A DNA stretch of 32,271 bases from a virus. The stretch is from the IMG/VR virus record IMGVR_UViG_3300008120_000271; one strand, 5' to 3'. Below, in pieces: positions 8,853 to 18,671 of this stretch (position 1 is the stretch's first letter; every line of letters starts with the position of its first letter). The translations under genes and the position numbers were made by a program. The notes under the pieces are model-generated. The model was not told the DNA's origin. It saw only the letters and a program-made list of their open reading frames with translations, and did not search any database.

Positions 8853-11800
8853 TTAGACTAATTGATTGTAATTAGAAAGAACAAACCCACCGTAATTCAA
8901 CAGATAGTTAGTTGTAGCGTTAGTCAGTGTTTCATTGACTGTTGTATCTGTTGGGTAGAATAACTTATATCCAAATGTACCAGCCTTAGCATTCTGTAGG
9001 AAGCCACCATGCTTCTTACCCTTGAATACACGGACCCTTACATAAATGCCGTTATCTGGATTATGTATCCAGAGTAACTTGAAGTGGTCTTCAATAAATG
9101 TACCCCATGCTGTACCTGATGGATACAACTTTCTTTCTTCCGAGCCAGGGTGTTCAATCTTTCTTCCGCCGTTCAGGCCGCTTAGACCCTTAGCGAAGAT
9201 ATCACCTGATGCGATTGGTATAGAGGTAGCGCTAGTCTGTGTGGTTGTCCATGGTCCATCCGGGGTACTAGATTGAGCAATTTCGAGACCAATATTGTTA
9301 TCGCGAGCATTGATATAGAACTCTGCGGGGCCTGACTTAGTGCTGAATGTATAGAAGAAGTCTTCATAGACTGAACCATCATCAGCGCGGCTAGTATTTC
9401 TCTGCTCTTGTACGACAGATGTAATAATCTGTACTGTAGTAACAGCAGTATTAACAACTAGCGGTCCATCTGTAGCGCGTGTCTGCGTGATATATGGTAC
9501 TTCAACGTATGGAAGAATACCACTATCTTCATCAGCTGTAGATAGACCAATGTTGACTTCCTTAATGAACGGTGATAGATAACCATCAACAATTGTAGCT
9601 GAATACGCTGGATTTGATACATCAGAGTAAGTATAGTTCTCGAAGCTATCAACGAAGAAGCCAAACTTAAAGCGATCAGCTCCATCTGCGCCCGGTAGAA
9701 CTCTCTTCTGAGCCTGTAGCTCAGTCAATGTAAGCGCTGTATAGTATTCTAGTTCTGAGATACGTCTTTCAAGCTTACCGATATCCTTCATGGTATAACC
9801 ACGAGGCTGGAGTGTAGCTCTTTCTGAATCTGTTATAGCGGTTGTAATTCTATAATCATTCAGTCTTCTTGTACCATACTTTTCGTTTGCGATCTTCGTA
9901 TCGATGTACTCAACCATATCGGTTGAGAGCTGATATGGAAGCGAAGGATATGGTGGGATCTTTAGAACGTTAATGGACAGAGCGTTTTCTGGTGCCTGTG
10001 GTGGTTCTGTTGAGCCTGGTGTACCAGCAATAACACGGAACTGATTCGACTCATCGATAATGACTCTATCTGTTCTACCGACATAATAGCTTACTGTTGT
10101 CGATAGCTCTGAGTCAGGCGCTGGGAACTTCTTGTCTGTCGACATAAAGCGCGCGGCTGCAGTCTGCTCAGCTGGGTTTAGCGGTGCTAATGAAATGTCC
10201 GTCGAAGGAATAACTGTGCTATTCGATAGCGGTCTGAAGTCAAACTGATCGCGAAGATCGTAGTATGTACCTCTTGCACCATACACTTCAGGGATTTCAA
10301 CAGTATTAATAGTAGTTGTTGCTGCAGAAAGGAGCGTAGCATCATTAATAGGATATGTACCAGAACCACCGGGGCCTTTCAGACCTTCAGCGCCTGGTGT
10401 AACCGAGAAGTGATCAAACTCAACTAGAAGCCAATCAGCGGTTGTTAGAGCGTCACTGCCTGGCTTGGTATACAGATAGGAAAGATCATAATAGTCTTCT
10501 GTCTGATTATGATCAATATAGAAGTTCTGTGTAATATCGGTTTCTGATGTACCGAATGTAGCGTTAGCGCCCTTGTAAACTTTCTTTAGACGGAAAGCAT
10601 CGGGAACGCCTAGGCACCACGGTCCTGTAGCAGAGCCGGCATTGTTTGCGAGACAGAGTCGCACATAACGGGTTCTATTAACAGTCTTAGCGACTGGTGT
10701 TACACCTGATTCGCGAATATTATATGTCACTGCCACCTGTACCGGTGTGAACATTAGCGTACCGGTGCTAATAGTCAGCTGCTTAAGATCACCGGTTGTT
10801 GTAGCTCCACGTGCTGTACGCTCAAGCGGAATTGGAGCAAATGCTGGATATCCAATCTTATGAGTATCCGATACAATACTCACACCAGCATTAGCTGTTA
10901 GATAAAGTACAGTGTCGTTAGCAATTGATTGAACCTGCCCATAGACACCGGAATTAGTGAACTTGATATAATCACCCTCGCGATATTCTGAAACGAATAA
11001 AGTGCTCGAACCGGTGATTGTCTGCGATGTAGCAGAGCCGGATACCGTACCCGTCAGTACGCCGGCGGCTTCACCATTAGCAAGTGGTACAACGATTAAG
11101 TCTCTTAGTTGTGTAGAAGAGAGTTGAACGCTGTAAGGAAACTCTTGCGAGCCTCCAGAAGGTACAGAAATAACAATATTACCATCACTGCCTAGTGTAG
11201 CGGTATTAGATGTACGATAGATGTACGAGATTGACGATGCATTAATAACAGCTGGGTTACCTGCGTAGTAGATAAGCGATGAGTTAATATTATCCTTAAT
11301 GACAGCAGTATTAGCTTCTAATACCGGGTCGCAGACAGCCTTAACCGCTCCATCGTAGAAGATAGAACGAACATCACCGAAGTTCTTTCCGGTGTTCATC
11401 TGAATGTCAAATAGATACAGTCTGTATACGCAGCTCGGCGTACCTGGAACACCCGAATCATATACGAGCGAACGAATTCGTGCATAGCCAAGTAGATTAC
11501 CTAGCCCGGATGCCGATGGCGCAGTGAATGTTCTATTGGAAATGTAATCACCGGCTGTATCGTAAAGCGCCACTCTATCGCCTGTCTTAAACAGGAAGTA
11601 GCCGCCAACTTCATTTATCTTAACATAGTTACCGTAGTTGAGAGAAATGTTACCGTTATTAACTTGTAGGTTAGCTGTGCCCTTATCGACGGGTGCTTCG
11701 TAATTGAGTACTGTTTCGACGCGCGCCCCATTAATGAAGGCTACGCCCGGGTCAATAAAGACATTAAATTGTGTTGCTTCGCTAGTAAATGGTGTAGTGC

Positions 11801-13277
11801 TCTTAGTGGTAAGCAAGAATGGGTTAGTAACGAAGCTACCAGCTGTCTCGTTAAATCGCTGATCAACGTACTTACCGATTTTATTGTAAACTGTTTGACG
11901 GTTTTGCTTATACGGGCTACCAGCTGAGAACTCAGCAACATATAGCCAGTCGTCGCGAGCATCAGCCTCTGCTTTCGAGATAACAGATAGTCTAGGTGTA
12001 AGCTTAAGACGATTAGCGCCCGGCGCGGTAAAGTTAGGAGCACCTGTTGCGTTATCAAGAAGAGAACTATCCTGATTTGAGTTAATAATTTCTTCTAGAG
12101 TTTCGAAACCAACTGACTTAGCATCTGGCTTTGTAGGACTATCTACATACTTCTCAACGATAACAATCTGCTCTGCAACGCGCGAGAAATAACCTTTTTG
12201 GTAAACAATACCCTCACCGACTGTCATACCATAGGAATTACCGACAGGTAAGAACGATAACGGCGCGACTGTAATAGTTGCTAGTTGAGTCTGCGGCAGT
12301 GCAGAGAAAGCACCGATTTGACCTACAGTTGCGCCTGGCGAGGCAACGCTGATATTAGGTAATACCTTATACCCGATGCCTTTGGTAAGAATATTAATAC
12401 CGGTTGCTTCACCGAGCGAAGATGTTATCAGAGTAGCAGAAGCACCTTCACCGATAATAGATGAAACAGTAGCGATCGAAGATGGTGTAGCGTTAACTGT
12501 TTGAACATTTGTATTAGTAGTAAATGTCCACTTAGTAAAGTCACCAGCTTTTAGGTCATCTGGTTTTGGCGCGATCTTAAGTACAACCGCATCAGAGAAT
12601 GTTGTTGTATCAATCGCCTTAATTTGAACGTTGGCAGTGCCATTTGTGATATAGTCACCAACATAGAAGTTATTAGCAAACGCTGTACCACCAGAGGAGT
12701 TCTGAATGGCGATAGCAGAAAGAATAATAACCTTATCGGTAGAGATAAAGCCCGACGAGCCGTTGAGAATAGAAATCTTTTCGATAGGGGCTTCAGGGTT
12801 ATAAACAGTTAGCTGCTCAGAAGCTTCGAATGTTGGCTGACCGTTAGCGGGTCCACCGGTCTTGAAGCCTGTATTTAGATAGCGAACATATAGAGTGTTT
12901 AAATTTGGAGATGTAGATTCGAAGCCCGGGTCAGCGGTAATAATCGACGCTTCAAGAGGAATAATATTGTTCTGGTTACGTACACGATAGCCAACATACT
13001 TGCTAACATCAACAGCTGTAGAGTTTGTTTCAATATCTCGTATCTTAACGTACTGAAGCGAATCATGGAATGTGATATCGCAACCATCTATAATGGTGCC
13101 CTGTTTAAATACATGGTTACCAAAGCGCTCAATCTGCTTCTGCAGAATGGTCTGGAGCTGATTAAGCTCACGTGCCTGTACTGCCACGCCGGGACGAAAC
13201 AGAATCTTATAAAAGTCTTTCTGATCATCATAGTCGTCAAAATATGGCGATACGCTCAGATCTGTTTGAATCGGCAT
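8853..13277 (-). CDS. Large virion structural protein, DUF4815-type N-terminus
   Basis: 1474-aa ORF beginning MPIQTDLSVSPYFDDYDDQKDFYKILFRPGVAVQARELNQLQTILQKQIERFGNHVFKQGTIIDG, a characteristic N-terminus of DUF4815 phage structural proteins. Confidence 0.8.
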   Translation of the reverse strand: MPIQTDLSVSPYFDDYDDQKDFYKILFRPGVAVQARELNQLQTILQKQIERFGNHVFKQGTIIDGCDITFHDSLQYVKIRDIETNSTAVDVSKYVGYRVRNQNNIIPLEASIITADPGFESTSPNLNTLYVRYLNTGFKTGGPANGQPTFEASEQLTVYNPEAPIEKISILNGSSGFISTDKVIILSAIAIQNSSGGTAFANNFYVGDYITNGTANVQIKAIDTTTFSDAVVLKIAPKPDDLKAGDFTKWTFTTNTNVQTVNATPSSIATVSSIIGEGASATLITSSLGEATGINILTKGIGYKVLPNISVASPGATVGQIGAFSALPQTQLATITVAPLSFLPVGNSYGMTVGEGIVYQKGYFSRVAEQIVIVEKYVDSPTKPDAKSVGFETLEEIINSNQDSSLLDNATGAPNFTAPGANRLKLTPRLSVISKAEADARDDWLYVAEFSAGSPYKQNRQTVYNKIGKYVDQRFNETAGSFVTNPFLLTTKSTTPFTSEATQFNVFIDPGVAFINGARVETVLNYEAPVDKGTANLQVNNGNISLNYGNYVKINEVGGYFLFKTGDRVALYDTAGDYISNRTFTAPSASGLGNLLGYARIRSLVYDSGVPGTPSCVYRLYLFDIQMNTGKNFGDVRSIFYDGAVKAVCDPVLEANTAVIKDNINSSLIYYAGNPAVINASSISYIYRTSNTATLGSDGNIVISVPSGGSQEFPYSVQLSSTQLRDLIVVPLANGEAAGVLTGTVSGSATSQTITGSSTLFVSEYREGDYIKFTNSGVYGQVQSIANDTVLYLTANAGVSIVSDTHKIGYPAFAPIPLERTARGATTTGDLKQLTISTGTLMFTPVQVAVTYNIRESGVTPVAKTVNRTRYVRLCLANNAGSATGPWCLGVPDAFRLKKVYKGANATFGTSETDITQNFYIDHNQTEDYYDLSYLYTKPGSDALTTADWLLVEFDHFSVTPGAEGLKGPGGSGTYPINDATLLSAATTTINTVEIPEVYGARGTYYDLRDQFDFRPLSNSTVIPSTDISLAPLNPAEQTAAARFMSTDKKFPAPDSELSTTVSYYVGRTDRVIIDESNQFRVIAGTPGSTEPPQAPENALSINVLKIPPYPSLPYQLSTDMVEYIDTKIANEKYGTRRLNDYRITTAITDSERATLQPRGYTMKDIGKLERRISELEYYTALTLTELQAQKRVLPGADGADRFKFGFFVDSFENYTYSDVSNPAYSATIVDGYLSPFIKEVNIGLSTADEDSGILPYVEVPYITQTRATDGPLVVNTAVTTVQIITSVVQEQRNTSRADDGSVYEDFFYTFSTKSGPAEFYINARDNNIGLEIAQSSTPDGPWTTTQTSATSIPIASGDIFAKGLSGLNGGRKIEHPGSEERKLYPSGTAWGTFIEDHFKLLWIHNPDNGIYVRVRVFKGKKHGGFLQNAKAGTFGYKLFYPTDTTVNETLTNATTNYLLNYGGFVLSNYNQLV

Positions 13278-13283
13278 TGTAAC

Positions 13284-15353
13284 TTAGAACTCCAGAATTA
13301 ATTTAACAGTTTCAGTCTGTCTTATGTCTCTTGTAATCGGACTTAGATTTTCCAGGTAGAGTATCTCACCGCTGTCTGGAACAATTTCCCCATTATATTT
13401 ATAACGTGCTGTAAAGTAAGAGTTTGATGTAGCACCGCGAATCTGCCCACCGCTTCCGTTTATACCTTGTAAATCGAATGTATTGCTTACATTAGTAACA
13501 TAAAGATAATCATTAGCCGACCCTGGGTTATCTGTAAACGAGTGTAGTCTAGCCGATGGTGTAAGATCAACGTCATCAACGTCCTGAAGTAAATATTCAT
13601 CTTCGATAAATTCAGGTGATGATATAAACGATCCTACAAACGTAGTAAGCTGATTAAACGCGTTAAATTCATCAGCATCGCGACTATTAACAGTTATAGC
13701 TGGCTGAGTATTAGAAACACCCGCTGTGCAGTACGATGCAGCACCAAGCAGCTTTGTACTAATATCCCAGCCTATAGGGTTAACGTCAGTGAGCCTGAGA
13801 TTAATACTATCATATGAGGTAGCAGTACCGAAAAGCTCACTCTCAACTAGATAAATTTCGCTGTTACCACCTGAATAGGTTGGTATTTTATCAATTGAGA
13901 GTTGCGTATCAGATATAATTGATTGAATATTTGCAAATATATTAGTGACACCATTTGTAATAATAACACGATCATTTGTTCTGAAAGTATTAATAAACGA
14001 AGTATTTGTGCCGATAACGAGCGAATTAGCCGCAATAGTTACGTTGCTGAATAGCTTAAGAGGCTTATAGCGATAAATGGTCTCTCCGGTAACAAATGAT
14101 CCAATAACAGTATCAGTATCAATTTTAACATTAACGTTAGCGTATCTAGGATTTTTAAGAAGACCAACAGTTCTATAATCGTTGTTAGGTGTTAGCGGAT
14201 CGTTATTGCCGATAAAGCTGGTAGTAATACCAACATAGCGTGCAAATAATTCGTTATTAATATTTGCACCGTGACCGCCGGGAGGAGAGATGATTGGTCT
14301 AACTACAGCGTTACTAGTTACAGCCACAATATTAGCTGTCTTGATCTTAGCCGTAGCAATTCTATAACCTTCGCCGATTGAAAGAACTTCTACACGGGAG
14401 ATGGCATTACCGATGCTTGAGTTAACAATAGCGCGCGCGATGCAATTAGCCTGGCTTGTAGCGCTAACATCGTAGATAAAGACGTTAGGGTAGATTTCAT
14501 ACTCATCGCCAGCATTAGGTCTGTTATTAAAAGGTCTATCAATAACGATAATCTTACGACCACCCTGAATAATATAATCGGTAATTAGTCTATATTCGCC
14601 ATTAGCGACACCAGATGTCATCTTAATTAAGCAATTTTTATAATACTGATCTACAGATGAAGCTGAGGCGTCTAGTCCAAAACGTAGATTAGAACCAACA
14701 GCAATAGATGCCGCGTCTGGGAAGATACCTGTCGTATAGTTATTGTAGCCTGAGCCAGCTGTCTCTACTTCTACAACTTCGATCGAGCCAGGTACAGCCG
14801 CTTCGGTGATAAAATCTACAGGTGTCGCGGGTGCATAATCATCTGTAGCAAATTTACGAATATTAAATTGATCTACAGTGAAGAGATATTTCCAGATATA
14901 TCCGTCTTGCGGAAATTCAAACGGAGCAGTATCTTTACCGAAAGGCTTTTGTGTTGATTTAGCGCCTTTATTATTGTAGAGACACTTATAGACATTATAC
15001 TCAACTACATCGTCAATAACAACATAAAACGCTTTTGATGCTAGGTCAGTATCTGTATCATCGTACATATCATAAACGGTATTCTCAACCCAGTCATAAC
15101 GCTTGATAAGAGCGGCAACGTTATCGCCTTTGATTCTCTTACCGAAGATCATATCATTGTATACCTGAAGATCGGATAGAGCAGTATCTTGAGGTACAGG
15201 AGGGGCATCATCCGAACCGCCGCCTTGATCAACACCGAACGGAGTATGTTTTGCGGCAAAAATATAGTAAGCAGCATTCTCTTGTACGGACTGTACAAAA
15301 GATTCAGCGGCCTGAACGTTGAGTGTCTTGCTAATTTTTTGCTTAATGCTCAT
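13284..15353 (-). CDS. 8: Baseplate wedge subunit, gp8-like
   Basis: 689-aa ORF. N-terminal 'LSDLQVYNDMIFGKRIKGDNVAALIKRYDW' and C-terminal 'YNGEIVPDSGEILYLENLSPITRDIRQTETVKLILEF' resemble the T4 gp8 C-terminus (SGEMIYMENRPPIIMAMDQTEEINILFTF, recalled). Gene order (6, [7], 8) agrees. Confidence 0.8.
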   Translation of the reverse strand: MSIKQKISKTLNVQAAESFVQSVQENAAYYIFAAKHTPFGVDQGGGSDDAPPVPQDTALSDLQVYNDMIFGKRIKGDNVAALIKRYDWVENTVYDMYDDTDTDLASKAFYVVIDDVVEYNVYKCLYNNKGAKSTQKPFGKDTAPFEFPQDGYIWKYLFTVDQFNIRKFATDDYAPATPVDFITEAAVPGSIEVVEVETAGSGYNNYTTGIFPDAASIAVGSNLRFGLDASASSVDQYYKNCLIKMTSGVANGEYRLITDYIIQGGRKIIVIDRPFNNRPNAGDEYEIYPNVFIYDVSATSQANCIARAIVNSSIGNAISRVEVLSIGEGYRIATAKIKTANIVAVTSNAVVRPIISPPGGHGANINNELFARYVGITTSFIGNNDPLTPNNDYRTVGLLKNPRYANVNVKIDTDTVIGSFVTGETIYRYKPLKLFSNVTIAANSLVIGTNTSFINTFRTNDRVIITNGVTNIFANIQSIISDTQLSIDKIPTYSGGNSEIYLVESELFGTATSYDSINLRLTDVNPIGWDISTKLLGAASYCTAGVSNTQPAITVNSRDADEFNAFNQLTTFVGSFISSPEFIEDEYLLQDVDDVDLTPSARLHSFTDNPGSANDYLYVTNVSNTFDLQGINGSGGQIRGATSNSYFTARYKYNGEIVPDSGEILYLENLSPITRDIRQTETVKLILEF

Positions 15354-15359
15354 AAACTA

Positions 15360-15367
15360 TATTTATA
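15360..15367 (-). promoter_or_regulatory. Perfect TATAAATA octamer immediately upstream of the gp8-like start codon
   Basis: Plus-strand TATTTATA spanning 15360-15367. The gene's ATG is at 15353. Confidence 0.4.
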
Positions 15368-15377
15368 CCTTTTTTCG

Positions 15378-18300
15378 TTATTCTCTAATTTCAATGAAGA
15401 AATCACCGCGATCTTCAACGTCAATACTGCGACGATCTTGAATTACATACGGTGAGGAATCATCGATTGTAATTAGAGAATTCGCTACATTAATTGTTGT
15501 ATTAGCTATAGTATCGATCAATACACTACCGAAAAATCTCGTGCCAGCGGTATGCATTACCTTCTTAAACATCGCGGAATATTTTTCTAGTGGTATACGT
15601 GAGATAATATCATATGAGTATTCTTGGTAATAATCGCCGTCATGTATTCTAGAGATATCAGATAAGAAGCCCTTAGCAGTTCTATAATAGCCGGTGCCGA
15701 TACCCACACCACCTCTAATATTTGATACGGTACCAAAACGTGTAGAATCTGTATTAGCTACAAATGTAATATCGTCATCGTTTGAGAAACCATAACCTGA
15801 GTCGATAATCTGAACGGTGTTAATAACACCATTGGCTGTGGTAGCTTTTGTACGAACCTTAGCGTTTAAACCAGCCGGGTCAGAGTTAGGATCTAGATCT
15901 ACCGATACAAGATTAGCAGAGGTACCAGATAGCGAGCCTGTAATAGTTTTACCGGTTATAAATCTATTTTCGAGCTGCACTCTCTTTACATACACCAGAT
16001 CGTTTTCGCTATCCTTAACAACGCCTCTAGAAGTAAACTGACCGACAAAGGGTACTGCGTTAGTGATAAAAGAGTTAGCTGTTGAGAATAAAGATTTTAA
16101 TGTGTAACTATTAGATGTGGGGAATGTACCAGCAGGAAACTCTAGATCAATATATTTGTTAGCAGAATTTATATAGAATACTATACCGTTGGCAATAAAG
16201 CTAGTTGTAGTGTTCGCAGCATGAACTTTTTCACCGTATAGGTACGGGTCAGTATTGCTGACAAAAACCTTAACGAAGTTGCTATTAGATGTCTGCTCTA
16301 CAAATTCACCGACAATAAATTGCGTCTCATTATCTTTAATTGTAAAGATGTAGTCGCGAGCCTGGTACCCTGTAATGTAATTCTGGAATAGTGATGTGAT
16401 AGGGTCTCTATTGTATCCGGTACCAGGGTTAATGTCACCTAGAGTGGCTACAGAGCCGACAGTAATACCTTGGAACATAAGAGCGCTAAAGATAATAGAT
16501 GAGGAATTAGCAAAAGTATTACCTTGTAGGCCATACGCTAGCGCATTTAGCTTCATATCTAGAATTGTATTGTTGCACAGTCTATCGGTATTTACTTTAA
16601 CGTCTTGCGTATTGGTTAGCGACGCAATTCTATATTGCGCGTTAGAACCTGAAGTCGTGCTATCAACAAAGCCTCTCGTTCCGTTATTTGACGAATAGAT
16701 GACTGGTGAAAAGCTATCAACAAGTGTATTGCTTGAGCCTACGATAGCTACGTTTAAGGTAATATTCTTAAACAGAGCGCTAGATGTTTTACCTTCTACA
16801 AGAATCTCTTCGTTATTACGGAAAACGCCTTGAAGATCTTTTACATTGATAATACCACCGCCAAGGGTGAGATTCGACGTACTGGTGATTGTAGCTGTAG
16901 CTGCGATATCGTTCGCGCTATTTCTTTGATACAATACGTCGCCGACAGTAAATTGTCCACTCGGGGTGCCAATTTCCATAATAGCGGTGTTGCTAACATT
17001 TATAACCTGTGCTTTAGCTTCGCGTAGAGATACAGTAACAACGTCAACTTTATTTGTAGTGTTAGCATCTAAATGTACAACGTCGCCGGAATTGATAATA
17101 TCGTTTTTAAGAAGCGATATCAGCATAGTATTATTAACTGTATCAATCTCGATTAGTCGACCTAATTTGTCAATGTTATTAATATCAACAAGAGAGCCAG
17201 CTGACATAAAGTCCAGCCCGACCGGATTTTGATACGTTATAAAGAACAATGGCTGCGTAATAGTTTCAAGATATTCAAAATACTTCTTAGGGTATTCATA
17301 TTGAATATTGAATGTCGCGCCTACGCCCTGTGATGGGTAGCTTGTTGAGTTTATTATGCTTACCGGAGGTGTTTCAAGTTGAGGGTAGTAGCCTGTTCCT
17401 CTTTCCGTGACTATGGATGAAAGAATAGAACCGGAAGAGTTGGTAACGGGTCTTATGACCGCATCATCATAACGTGAGAATACATAAATTAAATCTGTAT
17501 TATTATATCCAGAACCACTAGTAATAGGATTAATATTAGAAACATATTGACCAGATTCCACATTTGCGACTAAGAGAATCTTATCAGATAGAAAAGTATT
17601 CGACGAATAGCTATAGGTACTACCTACTCTGTTTGTAGTATACCCCCAGCCTGAGTTAGCTAGTGTAAACGAAACCTCACCTGTACCCTTTACGGTATCG
17701 GTAACCAGACCAATAGCGCCAAGCCCAGCAGCTGACGAAAAGTTGACTACATCACCAACTTCAAAATCCTCAGAGCCATCAACAACAGCTGCGGCGTTAA
17801 ATGAGCCTATAATTCTTGGCGAGTCAGGGAAGATCTGAACATACTTTAGTCGTTCGTTTACCTGAAATTCTCCACGTACGTTTGATACGTAAAATACGTG
17901 AACAACACCCGACTTAACTTTCTTCTTGATATAGCGTTCTACGAAAGCTGTAGCACCGGAGTTAACGCCAGTGATCTGCTTACCTACAAGCTGAATAGCT
18001 CTATCGACGGATGTAGAGTTAATTTCGATGTATTGAGGCTTGAACCATTCAGCATCTGAGAGGCGGAAAAGATCATCGCCAGGATAATAGACGCTTGATT
18101 TAACACCATAGATGAGTCTAAAGAATAGATCGATCGAGCGCGATGTACCTTTAGAGCGGTACAGGTCGAGTGAGTTCTTTACGAGAAGTCTTTTGTTGGT
18201 TTCGGTATCGAATTCAATATTCTTGAGATACTTTTCTTTAAAGCGTACGATGAATAGATCTATTGTCTTATCAATATCACGAATATTAAATAAGTTACGG

Positions 18301-18668
18301 CTCATGAATAGCGAGCCTAAACGTCTAGTTGTACCGCCGCGAAGAATATATGTACTACCACCCGAAGATGATGTAACTGGAAGTAGTTCTGAGCAGATGT
18401 TAAAACATTTGAATGTTTCTAGCCCGTCAACAAGTACAAGAATACTATTACCGAGTATGGAAAAGATCTTACCGGTAACGTTCTCTTGCTGTACTGTGTC
18501 GCCTATTTTAAAATTTTCTACCGATTCTAGATCTAGCAGCTGAAAGTTTTGTTCTAACCACTCATAATACGCAATTATGAAAGCAATAAAATTCGGACCC
18601 TCTTCTTGATAAAAAGAAGGAAATTGACTTACTAGTAGGGGTGAAATTTTACTTTCAATACTCTTCAT
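15378..18668 (-). CDS. Large baseplate wedge protein in the gp7 position
   Basis: 1096-aa ORF between gp6-like and gp8-like genes. Starts MKSIESKISPLLVSQFPSFYQEEGPNFIAFIIAYYEWLEQ, and size and synteny are like T4 gp7. Call rests mainly on position and size. Confidence 0.6.
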   Translation of the reverse strand: MKSIESKISPLLVSQFPSFYQEEGPNFIAFIIAYYEWLEQNFQLLDLESVENFKIGDTVQQENVTGKIFSILGNSILVLVDGLETFKCFNICSELLPVTSSSGGSTYILRGGTTRRLGSLFMSRNLFNIRDIDKTIDLFIVRFKEKYLKNIEFDTETNKRLLVKNSLDLYRSKGTSRSIDLFFRLIYGVKSSVYYPGDDLFRLSDAEWFKPQYIEINSTSVDRAIQLVGKQITGVNSGATAFVERYIKKKVKSGVVHVFYVSNVRGEFQVNERLKYVQIFPDSPRIIGSFNAAAVVDGSEDFEVGDVVNFSSAAGLGAIGLVTDTVKGTGEVSFTLANSGWGYTTNRVGSTYSYSSNTFLSDKILLVANVESGQYVSNINPITSGSGYNNTDLIYVFSRYDDAVIRPVTNSSGSILSSIVTERGTGYYPQLETPPVSIINSTSYPSQGVGATFNIQYEYPKKYFEYLETITQPLFFITYQNPVGLDFMSAGSLVDINNIDKLGRLIEIDTVNNTMLISLLKNDIINSGDVVHLDANTTNKVDVVTVSLREAKAQVINVSNTAIMEIGTPSGQFTVGDVLYQRNSANDIAATATITSTSNLTLGGGIINVKDLQGVFRNNEEILVEGKTSSALFKNITLNVAIVGSSNTLVDSFSPVIYSSNNGTRGFVDSTTSGSNAQYRIASLTNTQDVKVNTDRLCNNTILDMKLNALAYGLQGNTFANSSSIIFSALMFQGITVGSVATLGDINPGTGYNRDPITSLFQNYITGYQARDYIFTIKDNETQFIVGEFVEQTSNSNFVKVFVSNTDPYLYGEKVHAANTTTSFIANGIVFYINSANKYIDLEFPAGTFPTSNSYTLKSLFSTANSFITNAVPFVGQFTSRGVVKDSENDLVYVKRVQLENRFITGKTITGSLSGTSANLVSVDLDPNSDPAGLNAKVRTKATTANGVINTVQIIDSGYGFSNDDDITFVANTDSTRFGTVSNIRGGVGIGTGYYRTAKGFLSDISRIHDGDYYQEYSYDIISRIPLEKYSAMFKKVMHTAGTRFFGSVLIDTIANTTINVANSLITIDDSSPYVIQDRRSIDVEDRGDFFIEIRE

Positions 18669-18671
18669 CTA

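Noticed and set aside
8070-13301. Small ORFs inside the large structural genes (8070..8324, 8328..8561, 9046..9276, 9182..9457, 9458..9685, 10187..10369, 11741..12058, 12624..12812, 12899..13087, 13065..13301)
   Set aside because: Alternate-frame or antisense shadows of strongly supported long ORFs. Compositions are unlike the neighbouring proteins.
15189-18543. Plus-strand ORFs 15189..15455 and 18112..18543 and intermediate shadows (15817, 16396, 16830, 16966)
   Set aside because: All antisense to gp8-like and gp7-position genes, with no promoter or ribosome-binding-site context. The 143-aa antisense ORF is long but explained by codon bias of the sense frame.
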